A stretch of DNA of 64,000 nucleotides from Escherichia coli (GTDB taxonomy: Bacteria; Pseudomonadota; Gammaproteobacteria; Enterobacterales; Enterobacteriaceae). Made by a program: the position numbers and the translations under genes. How positions within the stretch are numbered: the stretch's first letter is position 1; every line of letters starts with the position of its first letter. The notes beneath the pieces were generated by a model. That model saw only the letters and a program-made list of their open reading frames with translations. It ran no database searches and was not told where the DNA came from. Below are positions 35,785 to 46,478 of the stretch, piece by piece. The stretch is from NCBI RefSeq assembly GCF_024502345.1, contig NZ_JALDNN010000001.1, one strand, 5' to 3'.

Positions 35785-37185
35785 TTAATCCATCTCTTCC
35801 GCTGAGGTAATACCAGGCAGAACGTTTTCCTGTCGGTAGCCACCAGGGAGGATAATATTTAATAAAATCGCAGTTAACCCGCCAGCACAAATAGGGTTTT
35901 CAACTAATACATAAATAGAGGCTGGCAATATTTTAAAAATTTCGGGATCGTAGGAGACGCCAAGCCCTAAACCTAAAGAAGTGGCGACAATAAGTGTTTC
36001 ACGCCGCTTTAATCCGTTGGTGATGATGATGCGAATCCCAGCGATGGCAATCATGGAAAACATCAACGTCATTGCGCCTCCCAGAACTGCCGAGGGAATG
36101 GTCGTGAAGAAGCCGCCAATCATCGGAAATAAGCCGAGGATAACCAGCATTACCGCGATGGTTCGCCCGACATAACGTGAAGCGACGCCAGTCATCTGAA
36201 TAACCCCATTATTTTGCGCAAACGTGGTTAATGGTAATGAACCGACAGCGGAGGCGATAACAGAAACCAGACCATCTGCCAGCACGCCGCCTTTCAGTCG
36301 GGACTGATACTCTTCCCCCTGAATGGGGCGGCGGGAAACCATTGCCGTGGCGGTGATATCGCCGACTGCTTCCAGCACGCTAAGCAGATAAATCGTGCCA
36401 ACCACCAGGAACTGATGGAAGCTAAAACTAAAGCCGTATTTGAACGGATGCGGGATGGTGATTAACGGCAAATTGCGCATACTGCTGAAATCCACCATGC
36501 CCAGGCATAACGATGCGATATAGCCGACACATAGCCCAATGGCGATCCCTCCCATGCGTAGCAACGGACTGCGACAGCAGTTAAAGCCGATCACCACAAT
36601 TAAAACCAATAAACCAACGCCGAGATGTTCGTAATTGCCGAACGTACCGCTGCTTTTGGCTGCAAATCCTCCACCAAAATCGATAATGCCGACTTTAATC
36701 AGGCTTAAGCCGATCATCAGTACCACAATACCGCTGACGGTAGGCGTAATAACCCGACGTAAATAGGGCAAGATAAATGAAGATCCGACAACCAGAAATG
36801 CGCCAACGAAGGAGACGCCGAGAAGCGACGACATGATTAACTCTTCGTGAAAACCGTCGCTTTTCATGCTGCTGCCCAGCGCAATCATGACCGTAACAAA
36901 TGAAAAATTGACTGACTGAATTGAGAGTAGGCCAGAACCGACGATGCCGTAGCGGTTTACTTGTAACCAGGTACCAATACCAGAGGCGATCATCGCCATA
37001 GAAACAAGATAGGCGGTTGTTTCAGCGGAAAGCTGTAAGGCCGCACCCACGATTAACACGGGGGTTACCATCGGAACGAAAATTGCCAACAGATGGGTAA
37101 TGGCACCAACGAGAGCCTGATGAAAGGGAGGGCGATCCTCCAGTTCAAATATAAGGTCAGAACCTGCATGGTTTATATCAGACAT
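35785..37185 (-). CDS. xanQ: xanthine permease (NCS2 family)
   Basis: ORF 35785..37242; start at MSDINHAGSDLIFELEDRPPFHQA; 466 aa. Confidence 0.9.
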   Translation of the reverse strand: MSDINHAGSDLIFELEDRPPFHQALVGAITHLLAIFVPMVTPVLIVGAALQLSAETTAYLVSMAMIASGIGTWLQVNRYGIVGSGLLSIQSVNFSFVTVMIALGSSMKSDGFHEELIMSSLLGVSFVGAFLVVGSSFILPYLRRVITPTVSGIVVLMIGLSLIKVGIIDFGGGFAAKSSGTFGNYEHLGVGLLVLIVVIGFNCCRSPLLRMGGIAIGLCVGYIASLCLGMVDFSSMRNLPLITIPHPFKYGFSFSFHQFLVVGTIYLLSVLEAVGDITATAMVSRRPIQGEEYQSRLKGGVLADGLVSVIASAVGSLPLTTFAQNNGVIQMTGVASRYVGRTIAVMLVILGLFPMIGGFFTTIPSAVLGGAMTLMFSMIAIAGIRIIITNGLKRRETLIVATSLGLGLGVSYDPEIFKILPASIYVLVENPICAGGLTAILLNIILPGGYRQENVLPGITSAEEMD

Positions 37186-37349
37186 CCCTTCACTCCTTTT
37201 AAAGTAAATTTGATCATCTGAATTAGTAAAATAAATTCCCACGAATTTGGGGCGCAGGACGCCTTGAGAACGGCTTATCTCATTTTCGCAGTCACTATTT
37301 AGTCATCGTCCAAACAGAGAAACAGGCCGCCGAAGCGGCCATTTATTAT

Positions 37350-40220
37350 TTATATCTTTTCCAGCGCGGTGAGTATTTTCTCCGGTGTGAAATGCCATTC
37401 GCGTAACCAGATGCCGCATGCATCGTGAATTGCGGTAGCAATCGCCGGAGCTGCGCCATTTACACCGATTTCCGAGATCGATTTCGCCCCGAACGGGCCG
37501 ACTTTATCGTCGCTCGGCACCAGCACTGCGCGGAAATCACGCGGAATGTCACCAATTTTCGGTGCGCCGTAGCTGCGTAAATCACGCGTTAACGGGTGAC
37601 CTTCGGCGTCATAAATGATCTCTTCGCTCATACTGTGGCCGATAGCTCGCAGGGTAGCACCGTAGATTTGTCCCAATGCTAATTCCGGGTTGACCGGTGT
37701 ACCGCAGTCCAGCAAGGCGTAGAATTTATCCAGGCGGATTTCACCCGTACGCGTGTTGACGGCAACTTCAGCGAAGTTTGCGCCATACGGGAAGGCGAAA
37801 TCAGGCGTGATATAACTGCCAGTTCCCACCAGTGAACCAAAGCCGGTGCCGGTTTCGCCTTTATGAGCAATATCCCCGAAGCTGACTTCGCCTTTCTTGC
37901 CGCGCACGACGCCCGGCGTTGCCAGTTGAACATCTGCCACTGCCTCACCCAACATTTGCGCGCCGTGGAACAGAATTTTCTCCCGCAGATTTTCCGCTGC
38001 CAAACGCGCCGCGTTACCTGAGAAGCAAGTACCGGACGAGGCATATGCGCCTTTATCAAACAACGCATGATCGGTATCACCGGAGATAACATGCACGTCC
38101 TGCGGTGGGCAGTGCAGCACTTCTGCTGCCAGTTTCGTCACTACAGTATCCAGACCAGTACCAATATCCGCACCGCCAGAATGAACGATAAAGGTGCCGT
38201 CCGATTCCAGTTTGATCATGCAGTTAGCCTGATCGATATCCGGGATACCCGATTTCTGCATGATAATGGCGACGCCGCGACCGATGTGCCAGTCACCATT
38301 TTGCGGTTTCGGTGACGACCATTGGATCATCTCGCGACCCTGACGCAGGATCTCTTCCAGTGCACAGCTGGCGGCGGAAGGAACGGAGGTCGGCGCTTTA
38401 CCTTCACCGATTGCACCGAGAATTTTCAGCTCTTGCCCTTCGTGTACCCGGTTACGTTCGATAATTTCCAGTTGGTCGATCTGTAACTGTTCAGCCAGTT
38501 CCGCTAATGCCATGGTGATAGCGAAGTTACCTTTCGGTGCGCCATAACCCTGATAAGCACCATTTGGGCAAATGTTGCTGTAGTAGGTGGTGACCTGGAA
38601 ATCGACGTTATCGCACGGATATAACGGCAGCGACAGCGCCGGTCCGTTACACGGTACGGTGAGTGAGTGGTTGCCGTAAGGGCCAGTGTTGGCGCGGAAA
38701 TCCATCTTCACTGCCGTCAGGCGACCATCTTTTTTCGCTCCCAGTTTGACGGTGACTTTCGCGACGTGACGAGAGGTGTTAGCAATAAACTCTTCTTCAC
38801 GGGTGTAGCGGAACAGGACCGGACGCCCGGTCACGCAGGTTGCCCAGGCGCACACTTCTTCCAGCAGGATGTCCTGTTTGGAACCAAAACCGCCGCCAAC
38901 TCGTTCTTTAATGACATGAACTTTATGCTGTTTCATGCCCACGAGGCGCGCGACCTGGCGGCGTAAGTGCCATGGTACCTGGGTGGAGGCGTGGATAACC
39001 AGACGATCGCCGTCCATACGAGTAAAGCAGATATGTGTTTCAGTCGGGCACTGCTGCGCTTGCGTTGAGTTATAGGTTCGCTCAATGATCACATCGGCAT
39101 CGGCAAAGCCTTTGTCCATATCGCCAATATGACCATGAATACTGGCGGCGATATTTTTGCGTGGACGAGAACCGATCGGGAAGTTGATGATCATATGCTC
39201 GCCGCGCTGGGCTGCATGGCTGTTATCGTCTTCCAGAGTATCTGGCGCACCAGCAACATACACAACCGGTTCATCGTGCACGACAGGCGCATCTTCCGCC
39301 ATTGCTTCGTCGATCGACATTACCGGTTTAAGCACTTCATATTCAACGTCGATGAGCTTCAATGCTTCAAGCGCAATTTCTTCACTTTCAGCGACGACCG
39401 CAGCAACACGATCGCCGACGTGACGCATTTTCTTGCCGAACATACGGCGGTCAAGCGGTGACGGTTCCGGTGCGCTCTGCCCCCCCGGGGTATAGTAGAT
39501 ATCCGGGCAATTCAGATGAGTAATAACGTGAACGACGCCCGGTAAGGCTTCAGCTTTGCTGACATCCAGATGAGTAATCAGTGCGTGAGCGTGTGGGCTA
39601 CGTAACATTTTAATGACGCAGGCGTCAGCCGTTACGCGGTCTTCAACATAGCAGGGCTTCGCCTGCACCATTTTTGCGGCATCAGTTTTAGGATAATGCT
39701 TACCAATGACTTCAAGGTCGTCACGGAAAGTCGGAGCGATATCAATGGTGGCCTGCGGATTATTTTTACGTGCAACCGCCAGTTCAATGACCTGATAGTA
39801 TTGTTGCCAGCCTGCATCGCGGCTGAACAAACCAGAAAGCGCGTCGTCGATCTCTTCGCGGGTAGGTGCGGCGATGCGATCGAGAAGATCGGTGATAATC
39901 AGAGCCGCAGCTGGATCGTTATAACCAGACTGCACCACGCCAACATCAACCATTGCCTGTTGAACCAGACTTAACTCGTTCCATTTGCCCAGAGATTCTG
40001 CGGTACGAATATCTGCCTTCTCTAACTGTGCGGCAATAAGCAAGGACGCGTTAACGATATTACCGTTAAAGATAATTGCGTCAGAACCGGCAAACCCGAA
40101 GCCATCATCACTGTTGCGTACAGAGTGCATTCCCATGTTAAACAACAGCTTTTGCACGTTTTCGCCTAGATTAACGGTTAGCTCCTGAGGCGCGCCATTT
40201 AAAGTAAAGTGGATGATCAT
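37350..40220 (-). CDS. xdhD: molybdopterin-dependent hydroxylase (xanthine dehydrogenase family) with N-terminal Fe-S domain; putative selenium-dependent
   Basis: 956 aa; aldehyde oxidase/xanthine dehydrogenase Mo-binding domain signatures. Confidence 0.9.
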   Translation of the reverse strand: MIIHFTLNGAPQELTVNLGENVQKLLFNMGMHSVRNSDDGFGFAGSDAIIFNGNIVNASLLIAAQLEKADIRTAESLGKWNELSLVQQAMVDVGVVQSGYNDPAAALIITDLLDRIAAPTREEIDDALSGLFSRDAGWQQYYQVIELAVARKNNPQATIDIAPTFRDDLEVIGKHYPKTDAAKMVQAKPCYVEDRVTADACVIKMLRSPHAHALITHLDVSKAEALPGVVHVITHLNCPDIYYTPGGQSAPEPSPLDRRMFGKKMRHVGDRVAAVVAESEEIALEALKLIDVEYEVLKPVMSIDEAMAEDAPVVHDEPVVYVAGAPDTLEDDNSHAAQRGEHMIINFPIGSRPRKNIAASIHGHIGDMDKGFADADVIIERTYNSTQAQQCPTETHICFTRMDGDRLVIHASTQVPWHLRRQVARLVGMKQHKVHVIKERVGGGFGSKQDILLEEVCAWATCVTGRPVLFRYTREEEFIANTSRHVAKVTVKLGAKKDGRLTAVKMDFRANTGPYGNHSLTVPCNGPALSLPLYPCDNVDFQVTTYYSNICPNGAYQGYGAPKGNFAITMALAELAEQLQIDQLEIIERNRVHEGQELKILGAIGEGKAPTSVPSAASCALEEILRQGREMIQWSSPKPQNGDWHIGRGVAIIMQKSGIPDIDQANCMIKLESDGTFIVHSGGADIGTGLDTVVTKLAAEVLHCPPQDVHVISGDTDHALFDKGAYASSGTCFSGNAARLAAENLREKILFHGAQMLGEAVADVQLATPGVVRGKKGEVSFGDIAHKGETGTGFGSLVGTGSYITPDFAFPYGANFAEVAVNTRTGEIRLDKFYALLDCGTPVNPELALGQIYGATLRAIGHSMSEEIIYDAEGHPLTRDLRSYGAPKIGDIPRDFRAVLVPSDDKVGPFGAKSISEIGVNGAAPAIATAIHDACGIWLREWHFTPEKILTALEKI

Positions 40221-40996
40221 ACGGCTTCCTCCCCAGCCTGTTGGCAGTCGGCATACAGGTCGGCTACCAGAACTCCCGTGATATAGCGTTTATAGGCCAC
40301 GCTGCCCCGCAAATCTTCCTGCGGGAAAATGGCGTTGGCGACAGCCTGTTCAAGTGCATTGCCTTCCAGATTTTGTTTTTCGACATCGTGCAGACGCAGT
40401 GCTTTACTGGCGACGCCATCCAGCGCAATTCGCATACCGTCGTGGTCTGTCATTGCAACGGCTGCCGTCACGACGGTTAAACCTGCCTGAGAACGGCTAA
40501 TTTTGCGGGTCGCACAGGTGCGATACGGATCTTTAATGATAATTTCGGTTAGCAGGCGATCGCATGGGCAGGTCAGGTAGTCCTCGATTGACAGCGTTTC
40601 GCCGTTGCCAAAAACCAGTTCAGCATCCAGTGCCAGCAGGACGGGAAGCAGCACCGACTCTTCCTGCCGGGCGGCGATTTCACCACCAATGGTCGACTGA
40701 TTACGAACATGGCGTGAGTAAACAAAACCGAGGGCTTCACGCAGCGCTGCAGGAATAAATCGCGCATCACGCAGTGGCTGCAAGCGAGACATTGCGCCAA
40801 TCCGCAGTGCACCGTTATCCCAGTCAACCCAGTCCAGTTCCAGATCCTGTAAGGAAATGGCAATCTTTTTATCGGTACGGGTTGGTGTAGCATTGAGTTT
40901 GCTGCCCCCGGCGAACCAGACGGCTTCATCTTGGTAGCGGCGCTTCAGTTCCAGCGCCTGTTCGACAGAGTCGGGCCTGAAAAATTGTTCAATCAT
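40217..40996 (-). CDS. ygfM: FAD-binding subunit of molybdenum hydroxylase (CoxM/XdhB-like)
   Basis: 259 aa; overlaps the xdhD start by 4 nt. Confidence 0.88.
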   Translation of the reverse strand: MIEQFFRPDSVEQALELKRRYQDEAVWFAGGSKLNATPTRTDKKIAISLQDLELDWVDWDNGALRIGAMSRLQPLRDARFIPAALREALGFVYSRHVRNQSTIGGEIAARQEESVLLPVLLALDAELVFGNGETLSIEDYLTCPCDRLLTEIIIKDPYRTCATRKISRSQAGLTVVTAAVAMTDHDGMRIALDGVASKALRLHDVEKQNLEGNALEQAVANAIFPQEDLRGSVAYKRYITGVLVADLYADCQQAGEEAV

Positions 40997-41046
40997 CTTC
41001 TTTCCTTATTTAACCCTCTTCCCTGCGGGAAGAGGGCATCTGTCAT

Positions 41047-42375
41047 TTATGCCAGCGCATCCATCCGACGCCACATACTGGCAGCGGCTTTTCTGGCTTG
41101 TGCATAAATGGAATCGCAATCGAAGTTAAACTGACGGTCTTCATAGACCATCACACCATTGACCATTACGCTGTGAACGCTGCCTGAGCCCATACCGAAA
41201 GCGATATGCCCGGCGATATTGTCTGCCAGCAGCGGCGTCGGCGAGTTGTAATCGCAAATGGTTAAATCAGCTTTGTAACCGGCTTCCAGAAGCCCAAATT
41301 TCGCGCCAAAGTTGCGGCTCATCAGTTCGTTACCGTTAGTCAGGGCTTTGGCAAAACTGTCAGGCCACAGCGGATCACCCGCATCGCGATGTTTAAAGAA
41401 GGCAAATTTCATCTCTTCAAACATGTCCGAACCAATGCCGTCCGTTCCCAACGCCAGATTGCGGATGTCGCTAAGGTGATGGTTGTAGCCGACATGGTTG
41501 TTCATGTTTGAACGGGCGTTATGCACCAGGAACGCATCGCGCTGATTGAGTAGGGCGATGTCATCTTTCGACAAGTACAGCCCATGAGCGACCAGCGTTT
41601 TGCTGTCGATGAGATCGAATTGCGCCAGTCGTGCCAGCAGGTCTTTGCCGTACCAGTGGTGACTGTAGGAAACGTCGTAAAGGTCTTCCGCAGCGTGAAT
41701 ATGCAAACCACGGCCTGTGGCTTTCACGGCTTCACGCAGCATCTCCAGACCGGCATCCGGCACGGTAAACGGCGCGTGAGCACCGATATGTGCTTCCACC
41801 AGATACGGCTCGCTTGTCGCTTTCTTCGCCTCATCAATCAAACGGGCGAAACGGATGTTTTCTTCTACACCTTCCTGCAACTCTTTGATGCCGTTGTTAC
41901 GGTCAGTAGTTTCAAAACAGGTCATTGCGCGCAGGCCAACTTTTAAAAATGCGTCGCGCAATGTGGAGAGCGACCCGCCGATATACGCCGGAGAGGCATG
42001 GTGATCGATAACCGATGTACATCCGCTCTTAATCGCTTCCAGGGAACAAATCAGTCCGCTGTAATAGAGCGACTCTTCATCAAGGGCGCGATCGAGCCGC
42101 CACCAGAGATTTTTCAGCGTTGAGATGAAATCCGGGCAGGGGGCGATGTTTGCCATAATTCCGCGGGAAAGCCCCGAGTAAAAATGGTTGTGCGAGCAGA
42201 CAATTCCCGGCATCACAATCCGACCATGCATCTCTTTGTAGCTGGCATCGGGGTCGCGTTGCGTCAGGGCATCGCCGATAGCGACAATCACGTCATTTTC
42301 GATAGCGATATCAACGCCTTCCTGTACTTTCGCCGGGTGTAACTGCACTGCGGTGACATTCTTCAGAATCAACAT
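41047..42375 (-). CDS. ssnA: amidohydrolase/chlorohydrolase-family protein SsnA
   Basis: ORF 41047..42441; start at MLILKNVTAVQ (complement of 42373-42375); metal-dependent hydrolase HxH motif (SHNHFYS); 442 aa. Confidence 0.9.
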   Translation of the reverse strand: MLILKNVTAVQLHPAKVQEGVDIAIENDVIVAIGDALTQRDPDASYKEMHGRIVMPGIVCSHNHFYSGLSRGIMANIAPCPDFISTLKNLWWRLDRALDEESLYYSGLICSLEAIKSGCTSVIDHHASPAYIGGSLSTLRDAFLKVGLRAMTCFETTDRNNGIKELQEGVEENIRFARLIDEAKKATSEPYLVEAHIGAHAPFTVPDAGLEMLREAVKATGRGLHIHAAEDLYDVSYSHHWYGKDLLARLAQFDLIDSKTLVAHGLYLSKDDIALLNQRDAFLVHNARSNMNNHVGYNHHLSDIRNLALGTDGIGSDMFEEMKFAFFKHRDAGDPLWPDSFAKALTNGNELMSRNFGAKFGLLEAGYKADLTICDYNSPTPLLADNIAGHIAFGMGSGSVHSVMVNGVMVYEDRQFNFDCDSIYAQARKAAASMWRRMDALA

Positions 42376-42377
42376 GA

Positions 42378-45300
42378 TTACACCTCCACGCGGCCCAGCA
42401 GATAATGATGATGCTGGTGGACATGGCTGATGATGCGGCACATATCGTTCAGCTCCGGTGGTACGTTGTTAAACTGACCTTCGCTGTCGATGTTTAACAC
42501 CCAGCTTTGGTTATTCAGACGTACTCGTACCCGGCAATCTTCCACAAGGAAGCCTGGGTTGCTGCTGTTATCAAAGTCTTGCGCCAGGCTGAAGACGGTG
42601 ATTTTGTCTTTGTATGGTTTACCGTTCCACGGACAGAACTGAGCGCAGTTGCCGCATTCGTTACAGTAAGCGTCGAGGTGCAGCGTCTGGAATCTATTCT
42701 GGAAGCCAGGGACTGCAATGGAGACGTTGGCGCGGTTCGGGCAGACATCCACGCACTTGCTGCAAACGTAGTTACATTCAAGGCAGCGAGCAGCTTCCTG
42801 CGCGACAAACGCATCACGATCGTCACTGTTCACCAGCGTGATAGAGATATCGCCTTTACGTTGATAGATTTCCGCCGGATTGACGTTGTTCCAGTATTTA
42901 TTGTTCTGGTGGGAACGGATATTTTCCCGACTAAGGATGGCATCGGTCGCCCGACGCGCGGTTCCGACAGCAGCGACAATGGAGGATGGTCCGCGCTGTA
43001 CGTCGCCGATCATAAAGACGTCAGTCAGACGAGTTTCGCCATTATGGTCGACGTCTGGCCAGCCGTTTTTGTCCAGCGGTACGCCCATCGCATTCAGGGC
43101 TTCAGTATCCTGCTGTTCACCGATGGCGGTGATCAGACTGTCTACATGCAGTGTTACTGTTTCGTTGGTTTCAACCGGACGGCGACGACCTTTCTCATCG
43201 GGTTCGCCAAGCGACATAACGCGCAAGGTTAAGGTGCCATCAGCATCGAAACATTCCGGATTATTCAGGAAACGGAACTCCACGCCGTCGTGCAACGCTT
43301 CTTCATACTCTTCGCGCCATGCGGGCATCTCTTGCAGTGAACGACGGTAAACGATCGTTGCTTTTTCTACGCCTGGAACGCGTAACGCCGCACGAGCGCA
43401 GTCCATTGCGGTGTTACCCGCCCCGACAACGACCACATGTTTGCCCAGCTTGAGCGCTGTACCCTTGTTGTATTCACGCAGGAAGGGGAGTGATTTCCAG
43501 ACATTTTGGTTGTCGCCCGCCAGTTTCACACCGCTATTTTTATCAGTGCCGGTGGCAATCAGAACATAGTGGAAGCCCTGATTTTTTAACTGTTCAACGG
43601 TCAAATCGGGTGAGCAGCCATACTCAAATTTCACGCCGTGAGCGGCAACAAAATCGATATCGTGCTGAATTAACTCTGCAGGAATACGGAACTGAGGGAT
43701 GATATTTTTCACCACGCCGCCCGCATTGGCTTCGCGTTCAAACAGCGTAACCGGATGGCCCGCTCTGGCAAGGAAGTAACCTGCAGCCAGACCCGCCGGA
43801 CCTGCACCAATCACTGCAACCGGATGGCGTGAACCAGAACCGGCTGGTTTGTGCCAGCGTTGCTTATATTCATCCCAACCTTTTTCCAGCGCGACTTTTT
43901 TCAGTTCGCGGATATTCAGTGCACTGTCGTAATCCAGGCGGGTACAGTTGTATTGGCACTGGTGATCGCAAATATGACCGGTAATGGCGGGCAGGGCGTT
44001 GCGTTGGTAGATAAGTTCCAGCGCGTCGGCATAGCGGTGTTCGCCAAGCAGACGGATGTATTCCGGAATATCTTGCTTGATCGCGCAGGCAGTAACACAG
44101 GGGGCAACGTAGCAGTCGGTCAGCGGCAGGTCTTCTGCCACTTCAATACGCTCTTCTGGCTTCCAGTGTTTCTGGGTGTATTCCATGGTTAGCGCGTCTG
44201 CTGCCAGTCTGTTCAGTCGTTCGACGTCAACATGGTCAAGTCCCCAGGCGTCGGAGCCTTCCAGCTCGCGCATGCAGGCACTTAAACGCAGATAGCCACC
44301 AGGTTTCAGCAGGTCGGTTGCCATAGTAATAGGGCGAATACCTGTATCAAAAATATCGCGGATAGTCAGCTGACTGGCACCACCGGAATAAGAAATGGGC
44401 AGTTTGCCGTCAAAGGCGCGAGAGAGAACTGCTGCAACATTGATGGAGAGCGGGAACAGCGCACGGCCTGACATATACATCTCTTCACCAGGCAGTGCGC
44501 CTTTATTGTTGATGGTGCCGAGAGTGTTAGTCAGTTTTACGCCAAAGCCGAGTGATTTTTCTTTTGCCAGTGCCATCAGGCGTTCCAGCATTTCCAGTGC
44601 TTGCGTCAGCTTGAGGTCGTGATCAAATGACTCTTCTTTTAAGCCTATGTAACCGAAACCGCAGACATCGAGGATCTCACGAACACGCGCGTACCCCAGT
44701 AAGGTCGGGTTGAGTTTCACAAAGGTGTTGAGCCCTTTTTCTTCCAGCATGTAGCGGCAAATGGCTTCGATTTCATGCGGAGGACAGCCGTGCATGGTGG
44801 AGAGGGTGACGCCCTGCACCATACTGGTGGGGATGCGAGCGGGTAAGGCTTGCAAGCTTTCGCGTTTTTCCTGCAATCCGTGGCGGGCTAAAAATGCGTC
44901 ATCCTGGAGTAATTTATTCAGCGTATCGCGATATTGCGCGAATTTCGGATGGTCAGATGCGTCCATCATATTGTCGATGAACTGTTGCATCGGCGGTTGC
45001 TTAATACCTTCAAGGTTGTAACCGACGCTCATATTAAAGATGAACGATTTACCGGAATCAGAAGGCTGGAACATCGCTTCGAGAAGGTGCAGGGCAAACC
45101 AGGCTTTGAGGTATTCATCCCAGGCTTTAAGCAGGGTAAATTCGGTAGACCATTCGGTGTTAAAGCACTCGTCTTCGGCATCGATACAGGGCTTTTCCAG
45201 CTCCAGGCGGTCAAGAATTTGGACGGTTTTTAGTTCGATGAAGCGTCCGCCAGTCAGCCAGGAAGTGACAATATTTTGCGCGAGCTGCGTGTGCGGGCCA

Positions 45301-45476
45301 GCGGCAGGGCCGACGGGAGTGGCACAGGTTTCACCGAAGACGCTAACAGTTTTACCTTTTACAGGTGAGTAAAACTGTTGCTCGGGAATACCAAAGATTG
45401 AGCGTTGTTGTTGGTATTCATCAAATATGCGCGTCAAAAGTTCCTCAAACGGAATGGGACGCATAATATCCCCCAT
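42378..45476 (-). CDS. ygfK: large Fe-S/FAD oxidoreductase (putative selenate-reductase-type / glutamate-synthase-like subunit)
   Basis: 1032 aa; [21 protein letters not shown] dinucleotide fold, multiple Cys clusters near the C-terminus. Confidence 0.9.
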   Translation of the reverse strand: MGDIMRPIPFEELLTRIFDEYQQQRSIFGIPEQQFYSPVKGKTVSVFGETCATPVGPAAGPHTQLAQNIVTSWLTGGRFIELKTVQILDRLELEKPCIDAEDECFNTEWSTEFTLLKAWDEYLKAWFALHLLEAMFQPSDSGKSFIFNMSVGYNLEGIKQPPMQQFIDNMMDASDHPKFAQYRDTLNKLLQDDAFLARHGLQEKRESLQALPARIPTSMVQGVTLSTMHGCPPHEIEAICRYMLEEKGLNTFVKLNPTLLGYARVREILDVCGFGYIGLKEESFDHDLKLTQALEMLERLMALAKEKSLGFGVKLTNTLGTINNKGALPGEEMYMSGRALFPLSINVAAVLSRAFDGKLPISYSGGASQLTIRDIFDTGIRPITMATDLLKPGGYLRLSACMRELEGSDAWGLDHVDVERLNRLAADALTMEYTQKHWKPEERIEVAEDLPLTDCYVAPCVTACAIKQDIPEYIRLLGEHRYADALELIYQRNALPAITGHICDHQCQYNCTRLDYDSALNIRELKKVALEKGWDEYKQRWHKPAGSGSRHPVAVIGAGPAGLAAGYFLARAGHPVTLFEREANAGGVVKNIIPQFRIPAELIQHDIDFVAAHGVKFEYGCSPDLTVEQLKNQGFHYVLIATGTDKNSGVKLAGDNQNVWKSLPFLREYNKGTALKLGKHVVVVGAGNTAMDCARAALRVPGVEKATIVYRRSLQEMPAWREEYEEALHDGVEFRFLNNPECFDADGTLTLRVMSLGEPDEKGRRRPVETNETVTLHVDSLITAIGEQQDTEALNAMGVPLDKNGWPDVDHNGETRLTDVFMIGDVQRGPSSIVAAVGTARRATDAILSRENIRSHQNNKYWNNVNPAEIYQRKGDISITLVNSDDRDAFVAQEAARCLECNYVCSKCVDVCPNRANVSIAVPGFQNRFQTLHLDAYCNECGNCAQFCPWNGKPYKDKITVFSLAQDFDNSSNPGFLVEDCRVRVRLNNQSWVLNIDSEGQFNNVPPELNDMCRIISHVHQHHHYLLGRVEV

Positions 45477-45548
45477 AACCCTCTCCTTAGCTTATACAGA
45501 TATCATTGAGTGACCGGTGTTGAGAAATCCGGTGGTTTAGGGGGATAG

Positions 45549-45573
45549 AGCAACAATCGCACCACTCTTGCCA
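45549..45573 (-). promoter_or_regulatory. candidate sigma-54 (-24/-12) promoter for ygfK
   Basis: Minus-strand read: TGGTGC-gattg-TTGCT (GG-N10-GC spacing), overlapped by TGGCAA-gagtg-GTGCG; about 75-95 nt upstream of the ygfK start. Confidence 0.4.
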
Positions 45574-45797
45574 GGTTTGGCGGGAAATATAAAAAAATGT
45601 GAGGCGGCTCGAAACTTAAGGGCTTTTTGTGAATGAACTCACAGGTGCTAAATGAGAATTAAAATCACTCCTGAAAATTATTATTGCCAGCCCATTTATC
45701 ACTTTTTCTCTTTTCTCAAAATCAGTGATTCCTTATCATTATGATAAAGAGTGCCGGAAGGATTAAATATTTGAACGCAATCGTTTAACTACGTTTT

Positions 45798-46376
45798 CTA
45801 AATTTCTGTATACCTTTTCTTCGCTGTAATAAAGTCGTCCGGAGTATCAATATCTAAAATTATTTCTGCATTTTCTATTTCGACGGAATAATGATCTCCC
45901 ATAAGGAGTGCCTGACGCATATTGGTGACATTGGGTCGCTGGATTGCCTGCATCAGGCATGGTTTTGACACTAAAATCGGATGGCCGGGGATGCCATTAT
46001 GGAGTGGCAGTATTGCGCCATCATTTCGTAACGACCAGATTTTTCTAAAAATATCGATGGTGAGGGTTGGCATGTCACCGTGGGTGAGAAAACAATGTTC
46101 TGTTTGCACCGCGGGTACTGCGGCCTTTACTGATGTTAGTAAACCCTGCGCATAATCTGGGTTGTGGATAATAGTGATATTGCTCTGGTTCGCATAACGT
46201 TCGTGCAGTTCATTACCACGATAGCCGGTGACTAAAATAATTCGGCTACAAAACTGCAACGCATTTTTGATACTTGTATCAAGAATTGTTCCCTGTTGCC
46301 AGGGTAACATCATTTTCCATTGCCCCATTCTTGATGATAATCCGGCAGCGGTAATTATACAGTCGATGGCTGACAT
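45798..46376 (-). CDS. mocA: molybdenum cofactor cytidylyltransferase (MobA-like NTP transferase)
   Basis: 192 aa; MSAIDCIITAAGLSSRMGQWKMMLPW... nucleotidyltransferase fold. Confidence 0.9.
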   Translation of the reverse strand: MSAIDCIITAAGLSSRMGQWKMMLPWQQGTILDTSIKNALQFCSRIILVTGYRGNELHERYANQSNITIIHNPDYAQGLLTSVKAAVPAVQTEHCFLTHGDMPTLTIDIFRKIWSLRNDGAILPLHNGIPGHPILVSKPCLMQAIQRPNVTNMRQALLMGDHYSVEIENAEIILDIDTPDDFITAKKRYTEI

Positions 46377-46478
46377 AGTGGTTCCATTATTTATAGGGGC
46401 TAATAACGCCTGATAATTGCGTTACTTCCTGATGCATTAAGTTGGGGATAATTTATCCCAGAGAGGTCATAAAGACTC

